From NCBI GenBank assembly GCA_951406725.2, contig OX597822.1:59706001-59770000 (forward strand): a DNA stretch of 64,000 bases, read 5' to 3'. The stretch is from Octopus vulgaris. Its lineage: Eukaryota. Within the stretch, counting starts at the first letter, position 1; each line of letters begins with the position of its first letter. Of this stretch, positions 27,558 through 39,657 are shown piece after piece. A program made the translations under genes and the position numbers. Under the pieces are notes generated by a model, which had not been told where the DNA came from, made no database searches, and saw nothing but the letters and a program-made list of their open reading frames with translations.

Positions 27558-30041
27558 AAATCCTTAAATCCTTAAAAATGTTTTAGCCCGAAGGCCGCGG
27601 CCATGCTGGGGCACCACCGCTGAATGAGCTACACTAGTTTGTGAATCCACCTCTGATACGTGGCACTTGATCAACAAGGGAGTTCGATGCTGCTGCCCGC
27701 ATCCGTGTCTCCTGTCGTGAGGTAGGTTCATCTGGGACTCCCAACAAGAAGAGATCCAGTTTAGTTTTAAAGAAACCCACATCCACACCATGTAAGTCTC
27801 TCAGGCATTTAGGGAGGATGTTAAAGAGCTGTGGTCCTCTGAAACCCAAGCTGTTGCAGTATCTGGACCTGTATTTTGATGGTGATGTTGGAATCCTTGG
27901 CACCACGCAGCGGCGCCCTGTTCTGCGGTTGGAGTAACTTTGAATGCCAAAGTTTGGGACAAGACCCTCCAGGATTTTCCAGATGTATATCACTGCATAT
28001 CTTCTCCCGCCTCCGCTCCAGGGAGAAGAGGTTTAATACCTTCAGTCTTTCCCAGTAGCTGACATTTTGCATTGAGACGATTTTCTTTGTGTAGCTTCTC
28101 TGAGTTGCTTCGAGTTCTGCTGTTTGTTTTATATTGTGTGGTGACCAAAGTTGGGAGCAGTAGTCCAAGCGGCTGAGGACAAATGTTTTCCATAGGACCA
28201 TCAGTGTCTCCTTCTCTCTTGTTCTGAAAGTTCGGAGAATCCATCCAGCTAGCCGTCTGCATTTTATCACCAGATTAGCAATATGCATTTGGAAAGATGC
28301 ATCATTGCTCATGTCAATGCCCAGGTCACGCACTGATTTTGACTCAGGGATTGCAATTCTTCCTGGGCCAGTGTATCCAGTCTTCACGTCATTTACCTTT
28401 GTGTGCCAGTAGCGCAGGGCCTGGAACTTACCTGCATTAAACTGCATGTTGTTGTCCTCAGACCACCTGTATATTGTGTCCAGCTCATGTTGCAGATGCG
28501 CAATATTTTCAGGGTTTTGTATTGCGTGGGAGACTTTTGTGTCATCTGCATAGCTAGCAAGGGTGGTCATCGTAGCAACTGAAGGCATGTCTGAAAGGGC
28601 CACTATGAACATCAGTGGCCTCAAGACAGTGCCCTGTGGGACACCGCTTGTTATTTGCGTTTCCTTGGAGGTGGCTCCATTGCTCACAACTGCCTGTTTT
28701 CTGTCTTTTAGGAAGTTGTGCAGCCACTCTCCAAGTTTCCCGCCTATGCCGAGACCACGCAGTTTGTGACAGATCATACCATGGTCGACTTTATCAAAGG
28801 CTTTTGCAAAGTCGAGATATATTACATCCACATTTGAGCCATTTAGTAGCTGTTTCAACACCCAGTCATAGTGTTGCAGGAGCTGTGTTAGGCAGCCTCT
28901 ACCTGGTCGAGATCCATGCTGGGTGTCAGACAGTAAGTCATTTTCTTCAAGGAACATGATTAGTTTCTTACGGACTATTCGTTCCATGACTTTGCTGATG
29001 TGTGAGGTCAGACAGATAGGCCTATAATTTTTAGCATCTGCTCTGCTACCTCCCTTATGGATAGGGCATATTACCCCCTCTTTCAGTTTGACTGGGAGCT
29101 TACCACTTGCAAGAAAGCTCTGAAAAAGAAGCTGTAGCGGTTTTGCAAGGGCTCGTTTGCACGATTTGAGAAGGATCGCTGGGAATCCATCAGGTCCAGC
29201 AGCTGAGTTTGTGTCAATCTCATCAATGGCTAGTGTGATATCATCTTCTTCGATGTTGATGTACTCAATTTTTGTCTCTTTGGCCGCTGGTAAAGTGGCA
29301 AAGAATTCTTCCGGGTTGTTTACTTGCCTGTGTCCTAGAGGTGTAGTGAACACACTTTGGAACTGTTTGTTCAGTATTTCACTTATCCTCGTGGGATTTC
29401 CTGTGAGAGAGCCATCTTTTTGGAAGAGAGGTCCTATTCTCTGGTGCACTGTGGCTGTCTCTTTGGCAAACTTAAAGAAAGCTTTAGGGTTTGATTTTAT
29501 ATTTTCTATTACCCAAGCTTCTTTATCTGCTCTCTCCTTTTCATGGGACTGATGTAGACTTTTCTCAGTTTCCATTAGCATTCTTTCGAGCCGAGACTTC
29601 TCACCACTTTTGGTGTGCTTGCTCAGGCGGTTTGCAATCCTTGTCCGTCGTCTCATAAGAATCCTCCTTTCTCTAGGGATCCTGTTTTTGTTCTTGTGTG
29701 TGCTGGCCCTGCACATTGGGACATATTTGTCACATATGGCTTGTATTATGGACATGAAGTGTTTGTGTTTCATGTTTATGTCCGGTGTGGAGAGACATTC
29801 AGGCCAATCCTGTTTGAGGATCTCTTTCTCAATCGACTTCCAGTTGGCTTTATGAAAGTTTAAGTTGGAGAGATGGTGGGTGCTTCGTATAGGCTGTGTG
29901 TCTGCGGGGGCTTTTGTTCCATACATAGACAGCTCTATTATGTTGTGATCCGAGATCATTGTCGGCATCACATTAACATTATGGATAATATCCATATTGT
30001 TTGTGAAGCAGAGATCCAGTATATTATCTGCCCTTGTTGGT
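27558..30041 (-). mobile_element. 5'-truncated CR1/L2-type LINE (end of endonuclease, RT, 3' UTR)
   Basis: [59 protein letters not shown]. One frameshift near 28000. 3' short repeats. Flanked by (TA)n. Confidence 0.95.
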
Positions 30042-30065
30042 ATATATTTATATAAATATATGTAC

Positions 30066-30158
<93 letters not shown>

Positions 30159-30387
30159 TATATATATAAATATATATATTTTGTGAAATAGAAAGATGAA
30201 TAATCTTGTTGCAGATTAATCAAAAGTTTAACCGATACCTTGGTAGCAAAAATCACAGCAGAAGACAGCACGGTTGGAGGTACAACCATATGGTGTTGCA
30301 ACCGTGCGTTGGTGCGGATAAATGAATTTTAATATTATTAGTGAATTGAAGAAATGGAGTTGAACGAAGATTGAACAGAAATCGTTT

Positions 30388-30480
30388 TATTGCATTCTAC
30401 ACGTGTTTCGAAAGGCACAATTTACCAAATTCCGATTGAATAAGGAGACCATATTGCGTCTTTCTCTTCAGGAAGAAATA
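30388..30480 (-). ncRNA. Type I hammerhead ribozyme, inverted pLTR copy
   Basis: Reverse complement of 31551-31643. Confidence 0.75.
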
Positions 30481-30596
30481 GGAAATCCGTTGGAAAAAAC
30501 AAAAACAGAACAGAGGCGGAGCAAAACAAATCGAACGAGGCTCCTAAGAGCCCATGGCCAAACTGTTTATCAATGTATGTTGAAAACTGGTGGTCG

Positions 30597-30980
30597 GTGA
30601 ACTCCAAGATCAGAAACGCCGTCTACCAATGTAAGGTTTACACGGACTCAGATGTCTACTCTTATGTTGGGGCCTCATCCTCAAGATTGTCCTCACGAAT
30701 CTCCAACCATTACGCAACTTTTAGAGACGTGAATAAATGCCAGACCACGGGACTTAGCAAGCTAATATAGCGATTGAAGAATACGAACTCAAGCTACAGC
30801 CTGGAATGGTCAATTTTGTCGGTGGCCCTCCCATTTCACAGGGGCAGAAGGAAGTGCAACCTTTGTGTCTCCGAACTCTTCCATATATTGTTCGCCAGAG
30901 ACCGGATGGTAAACGGACTTTTACAGTCGGCTTTTCGATGCCCCCACTGGCGGCGTTAAACTTATCTTGCTTATAAATAA
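30597..30980 (+). pseudogene. Penelope-type GIY-YIG endonuclease remnant
   Basis: NAVYQCKV..YSYVGAS..RISNH..TGLSKLI*RLK..LEWSIL..RKCNLCVSE..FRCPH, with in-frame stops. Confidence 0.85.
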
Positions 30981-31550
30981 CACTTATAAATAATACCTGC
31001 ACCCGGTTACACTACTTATATGAAAATAGCCCTTGGAAATAAATTCTGAATAACCTTTAAGAGAAATATGATTAACCATTGCAAGGGGAATTACTCCTGG
31101 GAGACGAATGGGGGTTTGTCTTGACGACGGGGGTTTCTTTGACAAGGCAGGTTTAGACGAACACACGCACACATAAAAAATTTCTTTTCTGCCACCCGAC
31201 GGATTTTACAGCAGTGACCAGTGGGTAGGGCTGTTTACCAACTGACGGCCACGTGATCAAACGCACATACGAACACATAGAACAGCACACACACACACAT
31301 GTTTCTAAGTAAATTTCCTCGCCCCATATAATACACCTAATATTCTTTAAATAGTCAGAACTTTAGTCTCGGTCACAAAGAACATCTAAGCACCGGAATG
31401 ACCGCTGCCTGACCCGTCAAAACCTTCAACGCACCCACCACCAGTTTTCAACATACATTGATAAACAGTTTGGCCATGGGCTCTTAGGAGCCTCGTTCGA
31501 TTTGTTTTGCTCCGCCTCTGTTCTGTTTTTGTTTTTTCCAATGGATTTCC

Positions 31551-31643
31551 TATTTCTTCCTGAAGAGAAAGACACAATATGGTCTCCTTATTCAATCGGA
31601 ATTTGGTAAATTGTGCCTTTCGAAACACGTGTAGAATGCAATA
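31551..31643 (+). ncRNA. Type I hammerhead ribozyme with long stem II
   Basis: UUC-CUGAAGA-GAAAGACACAAU...AUUGUGCCUUUC-GAAA-C-ACGU-GUA^-GAA. Palindromic ACACGUGU stem III. Stem I short and interrupted. Confidence 0.75.
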
Positions 31644-31701
31644 AAACGATTTCTGCTCAATCTTCGTTCAACTCCATTTCTTCAATTCACTAATAATATA
31701 A

Positions 31702-31806
<105 letters not shown>

Positions 31807-32062
31807 TATTCATATATGTATACAGATGTACATATGTGTACTTACCAAACACACGGTTCCGTGTTCATTCCCAGTGCGTGGCACCTTGGGCAAGTCTCTT
31901 CTACTAGAGCCTTTTTTTTAAAGAACAAAACCGCTTTCTCTGGCTAGATTTCATACAAGTTTCCATCTGCAAAATTTCAAGGTGCTGTGAAATTGCGCAG
32001 AACTTGAAAACAAATCTTTGCGAAGTGAATTTTTAAACTCATAACTATATCTGCACTCATGG

Positions 32063-32100
32063 TTAGGCAATATTTAGTTTGAACTGCTGTAGCCAAATAT
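32063..32100 (-). CDS. Candidate terminal coding exon of the small minus-strand gene
   Basis: CTAAT..CTCTTGCAG acceptor, phase 1, reads (D)IWLQQFKLNIA*. Confidence 0.3.
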
Positions 32101-32556
32101 CTGCAAGAGATTAGGAAGAAAGTTGTAAGTTCTAGCGATGAAGGCCTGAGTGAGGTACTTTGTACGTATTTTGTTGAGAAAATGCAATAAGGGTGACGTC
32201 AAGGATAATGGTGTACAGGGAGGTTCCCAAACGATATGTGACTTATAATATACAGAATGTATTACTTCGAACGTAGGACAAGATATAGAAGTGAGTTATT
32301 GATTTTGAGTTAATTATAGCTTAGAATAAAATAATCATTTCAGAGAACGTTATGACAGTTCTTAAACCAACAAATGCCAGCCCCCCCCCAACGCCATGGA
32401 AAGAATTCTACTCTCCCTTGTGCCTCTTTATTAACGAGAATTTAAAATAAGGTTTGCATTTATGTGATACATCTTTCTTCATCATTTGTAGAACATGTGT
32501 AAAAGTTGAAAAGTTGAAAATCGTCTCACTTTCATTAAACATGTCAGTTTACTTAC

Positions 32557-32625
32557 CCTCCTGACAATTTTCATACTCCCAACCACAGCAAGCATATTTA
32601 CCTTCTTTGAGAAACCCTGCAGTTT
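32557..32625 (-). CDS. Internal 69-nt phase 1-1 exon
   Basis: CTAATGCTTTCAG acceptor and G|GTAAGT donor. Reads (Q)TAGFLKEGKYACCGWEYENCQE in frame with the upstream exon. Confidence 0.55.
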
Positions 32626-33166
32626 CTGAAAGCATTAGTACAATTAGAATTGAATGACTTCATCCATCCAGGAAATGAAAACGGGTAACAATTGACCTTT
32701 TATTATACAACTGTCGGCATATAATGCTTAATGTGCAAAGCTTCAAAAGATTAATTGAATTATTAATGGAGCCTCAATTCCTTTCTTGAAAAGAAATCAC
32801 GTGTAAAATGCATAGGAATAATAAAGAATTTCAGTTCAGATGTAAAATATTCCCATTTCTTATCTTTGATCTAATTTCATTTCATGATGTTGGCAGACAC
32901 CAGAACAAATCAAACTCTTCCATTTTTGTGTACATTAACTTTATTTGCAAACTTTATTTGATATGACCAATACAGTAAAGTAAATTGATAGATAAATACA
33001 TGCATTTGTTGGCAAGTGAAATATAAACGAGAATTTAAGACATACATGCATAGATGTATAGCTCTAAGTATATTAATATTTGTAAATAGATATAATACGT
33101 GATCTGAAGCCAACGTTTACACAAGCAATTTTCTTTTTCTTTATTTTAGATGAACAGGTTTCTTAC

Positions 33167-33278
33167 GTTGCTTTGTAAAGGTTGCTATAGTAAACCTATT
33201 GTTATTAAAGATTATGTAACTTAAGGATAGAAGCAGAACCAAGAGGAAAACGAGAGAAAAGAACGATCTTCTGGCCAT
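33167..33278 (-). CDS. First coding exon of a signal-anchor/secreted protein
   Basis: TATATTTCAG|CAATGGCC acceptor plus ATG. MARRSFFSLVFLLVLLLSLSYIIFNNNRFTIATFTKQ. Phase-1 donor C|GTAAGA. Confidence 0.55.
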
Positions 33279-34571
33279 TGCTGAAATATATAACAAAAGA
33301 CTCGCAAAAATAACCTCTGACCTCTTGAATTTAACCATTCTACTTGTAAAGGTTATATAAATAAAACTGATAAACTTATTGAAAATATTAAAGTGATACG
33401 ATTATGTTAAGGTTTCTGCATTTACGTATATCGTTAAAACTCTATTCACATATATACATATTAAAACCACTTCGGCTTCCAAGCCAAACATTCTTGTATT
33501 GTTATTCGGTAAACACACTGCAGACAAGTTAAGAACAGAGAGGCGTAAGCCAAGAGAAAGACAAGGAAGCCACTTTTTTTCAGGAATGTAATCAACTTCA
33601 AAAGTCAACGTGACACAAGATGGATTATTGTGAATACTTTGCAATATGCTATTGCAGATAATCTGCAACGCTCCAACCCATAATAACAGCGACGAATAAG
33701 CAGACTCTTTACAGAGTTGGACAAAATACTTTACACTATTTATTCCGGGTCGCTGTTCTCTGGATTCATATCCTGTAAAGGTCAACTTGCAATCTTTCGA
33801 TCCCAATAAAATCAATTGCCAGCATAGGGCATTTTTGTCGAATATTTATTTGAACGTCGGACGAGTATGCATTTTTGTGATTACTCTGGTTCTTTGTACT
33901 CCGAGTATAGGTATATAAATTTAATCCCTCACTAAGTTTAAACGCAACACCTAGACTTCAGGTACTTTTAGCGGGGATCACTCTGTTGCAAGCATTCAGG
34001 CCAGGTCTCCGGTTTGATAATAACTTCTTTTTCTTCTATCCGTCTCCGAGGCCCGGAAAGCATATAAAATCATTGGCTTACTCTTCTGTCATAAACTAAA
34101 AGAAAATAGAAAGGACTCGTAACACTGACTTCAATTTTGAAAAGCTACGCCAACAATCTGTTTTAAACTGGTCAAAACTACCATAATCTAACTTGATTGT
34201 TAACATAAGTTTCATCATTTCAAATGCTTCTTAAAAAATTCGAAACTGAAGCAATTATAACTAGTTTATCTATTAATCTTTGCAGAGTATTGCGAGTTTT
34301 ACCTTGTTCAATCCAGTTGTGAATAATATTTATTCTAGAAGACGTGATCGTAATTACTAATTAGTGAAATAGCTAAAATTAGTGTCAAAGTGTGAATATT
34401 TTGCACTACTTTTGTCAGTTATACAGATATTGTACATGTTTGCACTATTCTCTGTATTTATTTAATGTGTTGTCAAACATACTTCTCTTGCGCTCATGAA
34501 ATCAGCATGGACTAAGGTATGTCAGTAAACATGTTTGTGCGTTTATGTGCAGGTGTATATATATGTATATA

Positions 34572-34625
<54 letters not shown>

Positions 34626-34845
34626 TGTGTATATATACATATACAGACACATATATATATATACATGTGCGTGTGTATTTACATATACAGACACACACAA
34701 GTGCACTCTAGGGTAATGTAAAAGTAGTATAAAAGTGAGTATAACTTTTTTATCAACTGACATAGGTCGTTTAAATTGCACATGTTGGTAGAGTAACTCT
34801 TCCTCTATAGTAATTGGTTTTTCTGTTCTTCACTGTAGAAAAATA

Positions 34846-35580
34846 ATGACAAATAAGCAGAAGCAACGGGTCGTCATTGAGTTCTTTACTATGGAAGAGT
34901 GCAAACGCTCTAACTTCCAACGAATGCTACAGGTTCTTAACAATATGACACTATCGACAAGAGTAATGTGCTCAAGAGGGACGAGATTTTTGAAGGAGAA
35001 ATCAGCATTGAAGACAGACCATGCAGAGGGAGACTATCAATTGCAACCACTAGCATGAATGACTAGCAAATGGTGAATTGATATGCACGGAGAGACGCGT
35101 CATAATCAATGAGCTTGTTGCCCAACTGGACTATGGTCGCAATGCATTACAGAAAGTAGATGACTTTGGGTATCGTAAAATTTGTGAAATGTGAATACCT
35201 CGGCACATGACACTCGATTTGAGGAAGGGAATTATGGAAGTCTGTCCTGATTTTATGGAAGGTCTTGAAGCCAACGTAGAGATTTTCCCTATCAGGTGAT
35301 ATGAAATGAAACGGGGCTGGATATTATGATTTGGCAAGGATAGCTCAGTTTATGGAATTGCGTCACACCTCTTCTCCAAAGCCAAAGAAATCCAAGAGCC
35401 AGTGGTCGGCACAGTAAGTTATGGCAGCTGCTTTTTTCTGGTGGAGGAATGATAAGGGTGTCATTCCTTTTGAGTTTATAGAACGTGGCTGTGTTGTGAA
35501 TAGGGAGCGGTATGTTGAGGCCGTTAAAAAGCAGAGAGTATCTATTAGGAACAAGAGACTGAGTAAGAATATGAAAACGA
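34846..35580 (+). mobile_element. Mariner (DD34D-like) transposase remnant
   Basis: KQRVVIEFF; SSPKPKKSK..KVMA-like..FW..DKGVI..VNRERY, with frameshifts. Confidence 0.75.
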
Positions 35581-35751
35581 TTATTATTCAGTTTGTAATA
35601 GAAACAAGTTGAAGATATCTGTGACAAAATGGGTGAATACTAGATTTGACTTTTCAAAGAGGATGCGCACTTTTGAGAGATTCGTTGTTGACATGGCAAA
35701 CAAAGAAACTCTCTCTCTCTCTCTCTCTGTATATATATATGTGTGTATATA

Positions 35752-35809
<58 letters not shown>

Positions 35810-35930
35810 CACAATCAGGAACGGCCATAATAGGCCATTCACCCACTAGAAATAACAGCCAAAAGCTTTAACCGCAAAATAACATCAATTCCGTAAACCA
35901 GGAGAAAATTAAAAAACATTTACCCTGTAA

Positions 35931-36035
35931 TTTCTTAGACGATGCACCGTTTCATCTACCGTTTAATGGTAAACTAACCTGATTAAATTAAATCAAGCCA
36001 ATCTACCATAGGCCCTTAGATTCATCAGTAAGAAA
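35931..36035 (-). ncRNA. Type I hammerhead ribozyme, inverted copy
   Basis: Reverse complement of 36600-36704. Confidence 0.88.
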
Positions 36036-36599
36036 TAGCCAAGTCGGAACAGATATTTTTCACGAGGCATTCCTCTTGCTACCTCGGCAATATCTGACCT
36101 AAAATTTTCAAATCGTCGCACTCGCGCCAAATTTATCGGCAGCAAATAAATATAAGCCGCCGATTCCATTACGGAATTAACCAGAAAATTCATAATTAAT
36201 CAATATAGGGTAAATTACAGGGTAAATGTTTTTTAATTTTCTCCTGGTTTACGGAATTGATGTTATTTTGCGGTTAAAGCTTTTGGCTGTTATTTCTAGT
36301 GGGTGAATGGCCTATTATGGCCGTTCCTTGATTGTGATGTTGAACTTAAAAATGGTTTATGACTATTTAATTTTTTCCCACTAGGCCGCTGGTGGCAAAA
36401 GAATTCTACAAAATTTTTTTGCCACCCTATATTGATTAATTATGAATTTTCTGGTTAATTCCGTAATGGAATCGGCGGCTTATATTTATTTGCTGCCGAT
36501 AAATTTGGCGCGAGTGCGACGATTTGAAAATTTTAGGTCAGATATTGCCGAGGTAGCAAGAGGAATGCCTCGTGAAAAATATCTGTTCCGACTTGGCTA

Positions 36600-36704
36600 T
36601 TTCTTACTGATGAATCTAAGGGCCTATGGTAGATTGGCTTGATTTAATTTAATCAGGTTAGTTTACCATTAAACGGTAGATGAAACGGTGCATCGTCTAA
36701 GAAA
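36600..36704 (+). ncRNA. Type I hammerhead ribozyme with extended stem II
   Basis: UUUCUUA-CUGAUGA-AUCUA..[UGGUAGAUUGGCUUGAUU/AAUCAGGUUAGUUUACCA]..UAGAU-GAAA-CGGUGCAUC-GUC^-UAAGAAA. Predicted cleavage after 36697. Confidence 0.9.
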
Positions 36705-37090
36705 TTACAGGGTAAATGTTTTTTAATTTTCTCCTGGTTTACGGAATTGATGTTATTTTGCGGTTAAAGCTTTTGGCTGTTATTTCTAGTGGGTGAATGG
36801 CCTATTATGGCCGTTCCTTGATTGTGATGTTGAACTTAAAAATGGCTTATGACTATTTAATTTTTTCCCACTAGGCCGCTGGTGGCAAAAGAATTCTACA
36901 AAATTTTTTTTGCCACCCTATATTGATTAATTATGAATTTTCTGGTTAATTCCGTAATGGAATCGGCGGCTTATATTTATTTGCTGCCGATAAATTTGGC
37001 GCGAGTGCGACGATTTGAAAATTTTAGGTCAGATATTGCCGAGGTAGCAAGAGGAATGCCTCGTGAAAAATATCTGTTCCGACTTGGCTA

Positions 37091-37195
37091 TTTCTTACTG
37101 ATGAATCTAAGGGCCTATGGTAGATTGGCTTGATTTAATTTAATCAGGTTAGTTTACCATTAAACGGTAGATGAAACGGTGCATCGTCTAAGAAA
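37091..37195 (+). ncRNA. Type I hammerhead ribozyme, second tandem copy
   Basis: Identical to 36600-36704. Predicted cleavage after 37188. Confidence 0.9.
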
Positions 37196-37417
37196 TTACA
37201 GGGTAAATGTTTTTTAATTTTCTCCTGGTTTACGGAATTGATGTTATTTTGCGGTTAAAGCTTTTGGCTGTTATTTCTAGTGGGTGAATGGCCTATTATG
37301 GCCGTTCCTTGATTGTGATGTTGAACTTAAAAATGGTTTATGACTATTTAATTTTTTCCCACTAGGCCGCTGGTGGCAAAAGAATTCTACAAAATTTTTT
37401 TTGCCACCCTATATTGA

Positions 37418-37477
<60 letters not shown>

Positions 37478-37551
37478 GCATGTATATATATATTCATACA
37501 TATATATATATAAATACATAAACACACACACACATATATATATATATTTTT

Positions 37552-37585
<34 letters not shown>

Positions 37586-37900
37586 CATCCCCCACTCCCA
37601 ATACCTCTGTCTGCACATGCTCTGCAGTGACAACCATAGCTTTGATACTCGGTCTCAACCCATGGTTCACCACTTCATCCTACGTGGATATCCCCTCACC
37701 ACTATCCACACAGCCCTTGCCCGAGCACGTTCCATGGACCGTGCTTCTGCTCTCACTCCCTGCAACCGCCCTGCCATTTCCCAAATCCTGTTCCCCCTTA
37801 TCTACCAACCCTCCATCCTGTCCACCAACGCACCATTCTTCGAGCCTTCAGGCGACTCTAATCCGAATTCTTCACTTCGCACATCTTCGCTAACCCGTCT
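37586..37900 (+). mobile_element. Penelope-like RT C-terminal/linker fragment (Neptune-like)
   Basis: [30 protein letters not shown] matches the PLE pattern IPYSQFLRLRRICS..RGYP. Confidence 0.8.
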
Positions 37901-37942
37901 GCATTATACGTGTGTTCACATGTATGTATGTATGTATGTTTG

Positions 37943-38032
<90 letters not shown>

Positions 38033-38033
<1 letters not shown>

Positions 38034-38873
38034 TAAGTAATTAAGGGTTTAGCAACGAATTGCCTCACCACACACCGAATTTAGAAATAGCAGTCAAAGA
38101 GTTATAGCTATTCTTTCTACTAAAAGGGAGATCTCAGTAAAAACACAGCACTTGAAAGGCAAACACAGACAGGTAAGAGAGAATGAAATGACGGCAATCT
38201 ATCATACAATTTTAAGTCACCCACGGACGTACGTTTCGAAATTAAGTTTTAGGAAAGCATAAGAATTAGATAATTATGTCTTACCCAACTTCTTTTTAGT
38301 AGAAAGAATAGCTATAACTCTTTGACTGCTATTTCTAAATTCGGTGTGTGGTGAGGCAATTCGTTGCTAAACCCTTAATTACTTAGTATTACTTAAACTT
38401 TCCTCGAATGAGGCTTTTACATGCCGAAATCTACTTGGTGTAATTAATGATTATTCCAAATTAATTAATTTCACCCTATATTGTTGCTGATAACCATATT
38501 TCATCCCAGTAAATGACCACATCATCTTGTCTTGGCTACACGCGGGTGGGAAGGGGTTGGTGACACAAACTTTCATTCACATTTTGAATTTGGTGATACT
38601 GGTAACGGCTTTAGCTCGCTCTGATACTGAGTTGAGATGATGCCTTCTAGTATCTCGAAATTTAATATACAATTATTCATAATTGTAGTGTCCTACGCTG
38701 ATGAGAAAAGAAGTTGGGTAAGACATAATTATCTAATTCTTATGCTTTCCTAAAACTTAATTTCGAAACGTACGTCCGTGGGTGACTTAAAATTGTATGA
38801 TAGATTGCCGTCATTTCATTCTCTCTTACCTGTCTGTGTTTGCCTTTCAAGTGCTGTGTTTTTACTGAGATCT

Positions 38874-38876
<3 letters not shown>
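38033..38876 (+). mobile_element. Doubly folded-back Penelope-like pLTR element (A-B-A'-C-B') inside (TA)n
   Basis: A 38033-38125 inverted at about 38295-38387. B 38126-38296 inverted at about 38705-38876. Confidence 0.8.
38692..38782 (+). ncRNA. Type I hammerhead ribozyme with long stem II
   Basis: CCUACG-CUGAUGA-GAAA...UUUC-GAAA-C-GUAC-GUC^-CGUGGG. Palindromic ACGUACGU stem III. Predicted cleavage after 38776. Confidence 0.85.
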
Positions 38877-38915
<39 letters not shown>

Positions 38916-39259
38916 CTCTTTACTCTTTTTACTCATTTACTTGTTTCAGTCATTTGACTGCGGCCATGCTGGAGCACCGCCTTTAATCGAGCAACTCGAC
39001 CCCGGTACTTATTCTTTATTGTAAGCCCAGTACTTACTCTATCGGTCTCTTTTGCCGAACCGCTAAGTAACGGAGACATAAACACACCATCATCGGTTGT
39101 CAAGCAATGCTAGGGGGACAAACACAGACACACAAATACACACACGCATATATACATATACATATATACGACGGGCTTCTTTCAGTTTCCGTCTACCAAA
39201 TCCACTCACAAGTAGAAGATACTTGCCCAAGGTGCCACGCAGTGGGACTGAACATGGAA

Positions 39260-39317
<58 letters not shown>

Positions 39318-39321
<4 letters not shown>

Positions 39322-39618
39322 ATAAAACGGTAAGATAACAAAAGAAAGAAAGAGACCTCAATATTATGTAAATAGAGGAAATTTATCTATACAATATGTT
39401 ACATTACTCGGTAGTCAAGATAAAACTCTGAGTTTCAGATGCCGAAGTGGAAATCCACGACGTTATTCTCAACTAAGAGCTAATACGGCCTTTTTGGATT
39501 ATCGCCTAACATCGGTTGAGGACTCTCACATACAGAAGAATTTAATAAGAAAGTTGTGGATTTCCACTTCGGCATCTGAAACTCAGAGTTTTATCTTGAC
39601 TACCGAGTAATGTAACAT

Positions 39619-39626
<8 letters not shown>
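39318..39626. repeat. (TA)n-bounded element with ~70-bp perfect inverted repeat
   Basis: 39388-39458 versus 39556-39626. Confidence 0.8.

Positions 39627-39650
<24 letters not shown>

Positions 39651-39657
<7 letters not shown>

Larger units (their letters stand above)
30179..31699 (+). mobile_element. 5'-truncated Penelope-like element with inverted pseudo-LTRs
   Basis: Inverted repeats 30332-30594/31437-31699 (~99% identical by eye) enclose a GIY-YIG fragment. (TA)n on both sides. Confidence 0.85.
35808..37423 (+). mobile_element. Retrozyme-like array: ~2.5 tandem 491-bp units (36212-37423) preceded by an inverted ~400-bp copy (35808-36211)
   Basis: Units nearly identical (ORFs at 36442 and 36933 are 491 bp apart). 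One hammerhead per full unit. Both ends abut (TA)n. Confidence 0.9.

Noticed and set aside
30042-30301. N-terminal part of the 826-aa ORF
   Set aside because: Read-through across (TA)n into neighbouring sequence. The LINE is truncated at about 30041.
33402-33815. 137-aa minus-strand ORF
   Set aside because: Non-ATG start, no motif and no supporting splice structure
36442-36642. 66-aa ORF present three times
   Set aside because: It recurs only because the repeat unit recurs, has no recognisable domain and overlaps the ribozyme core
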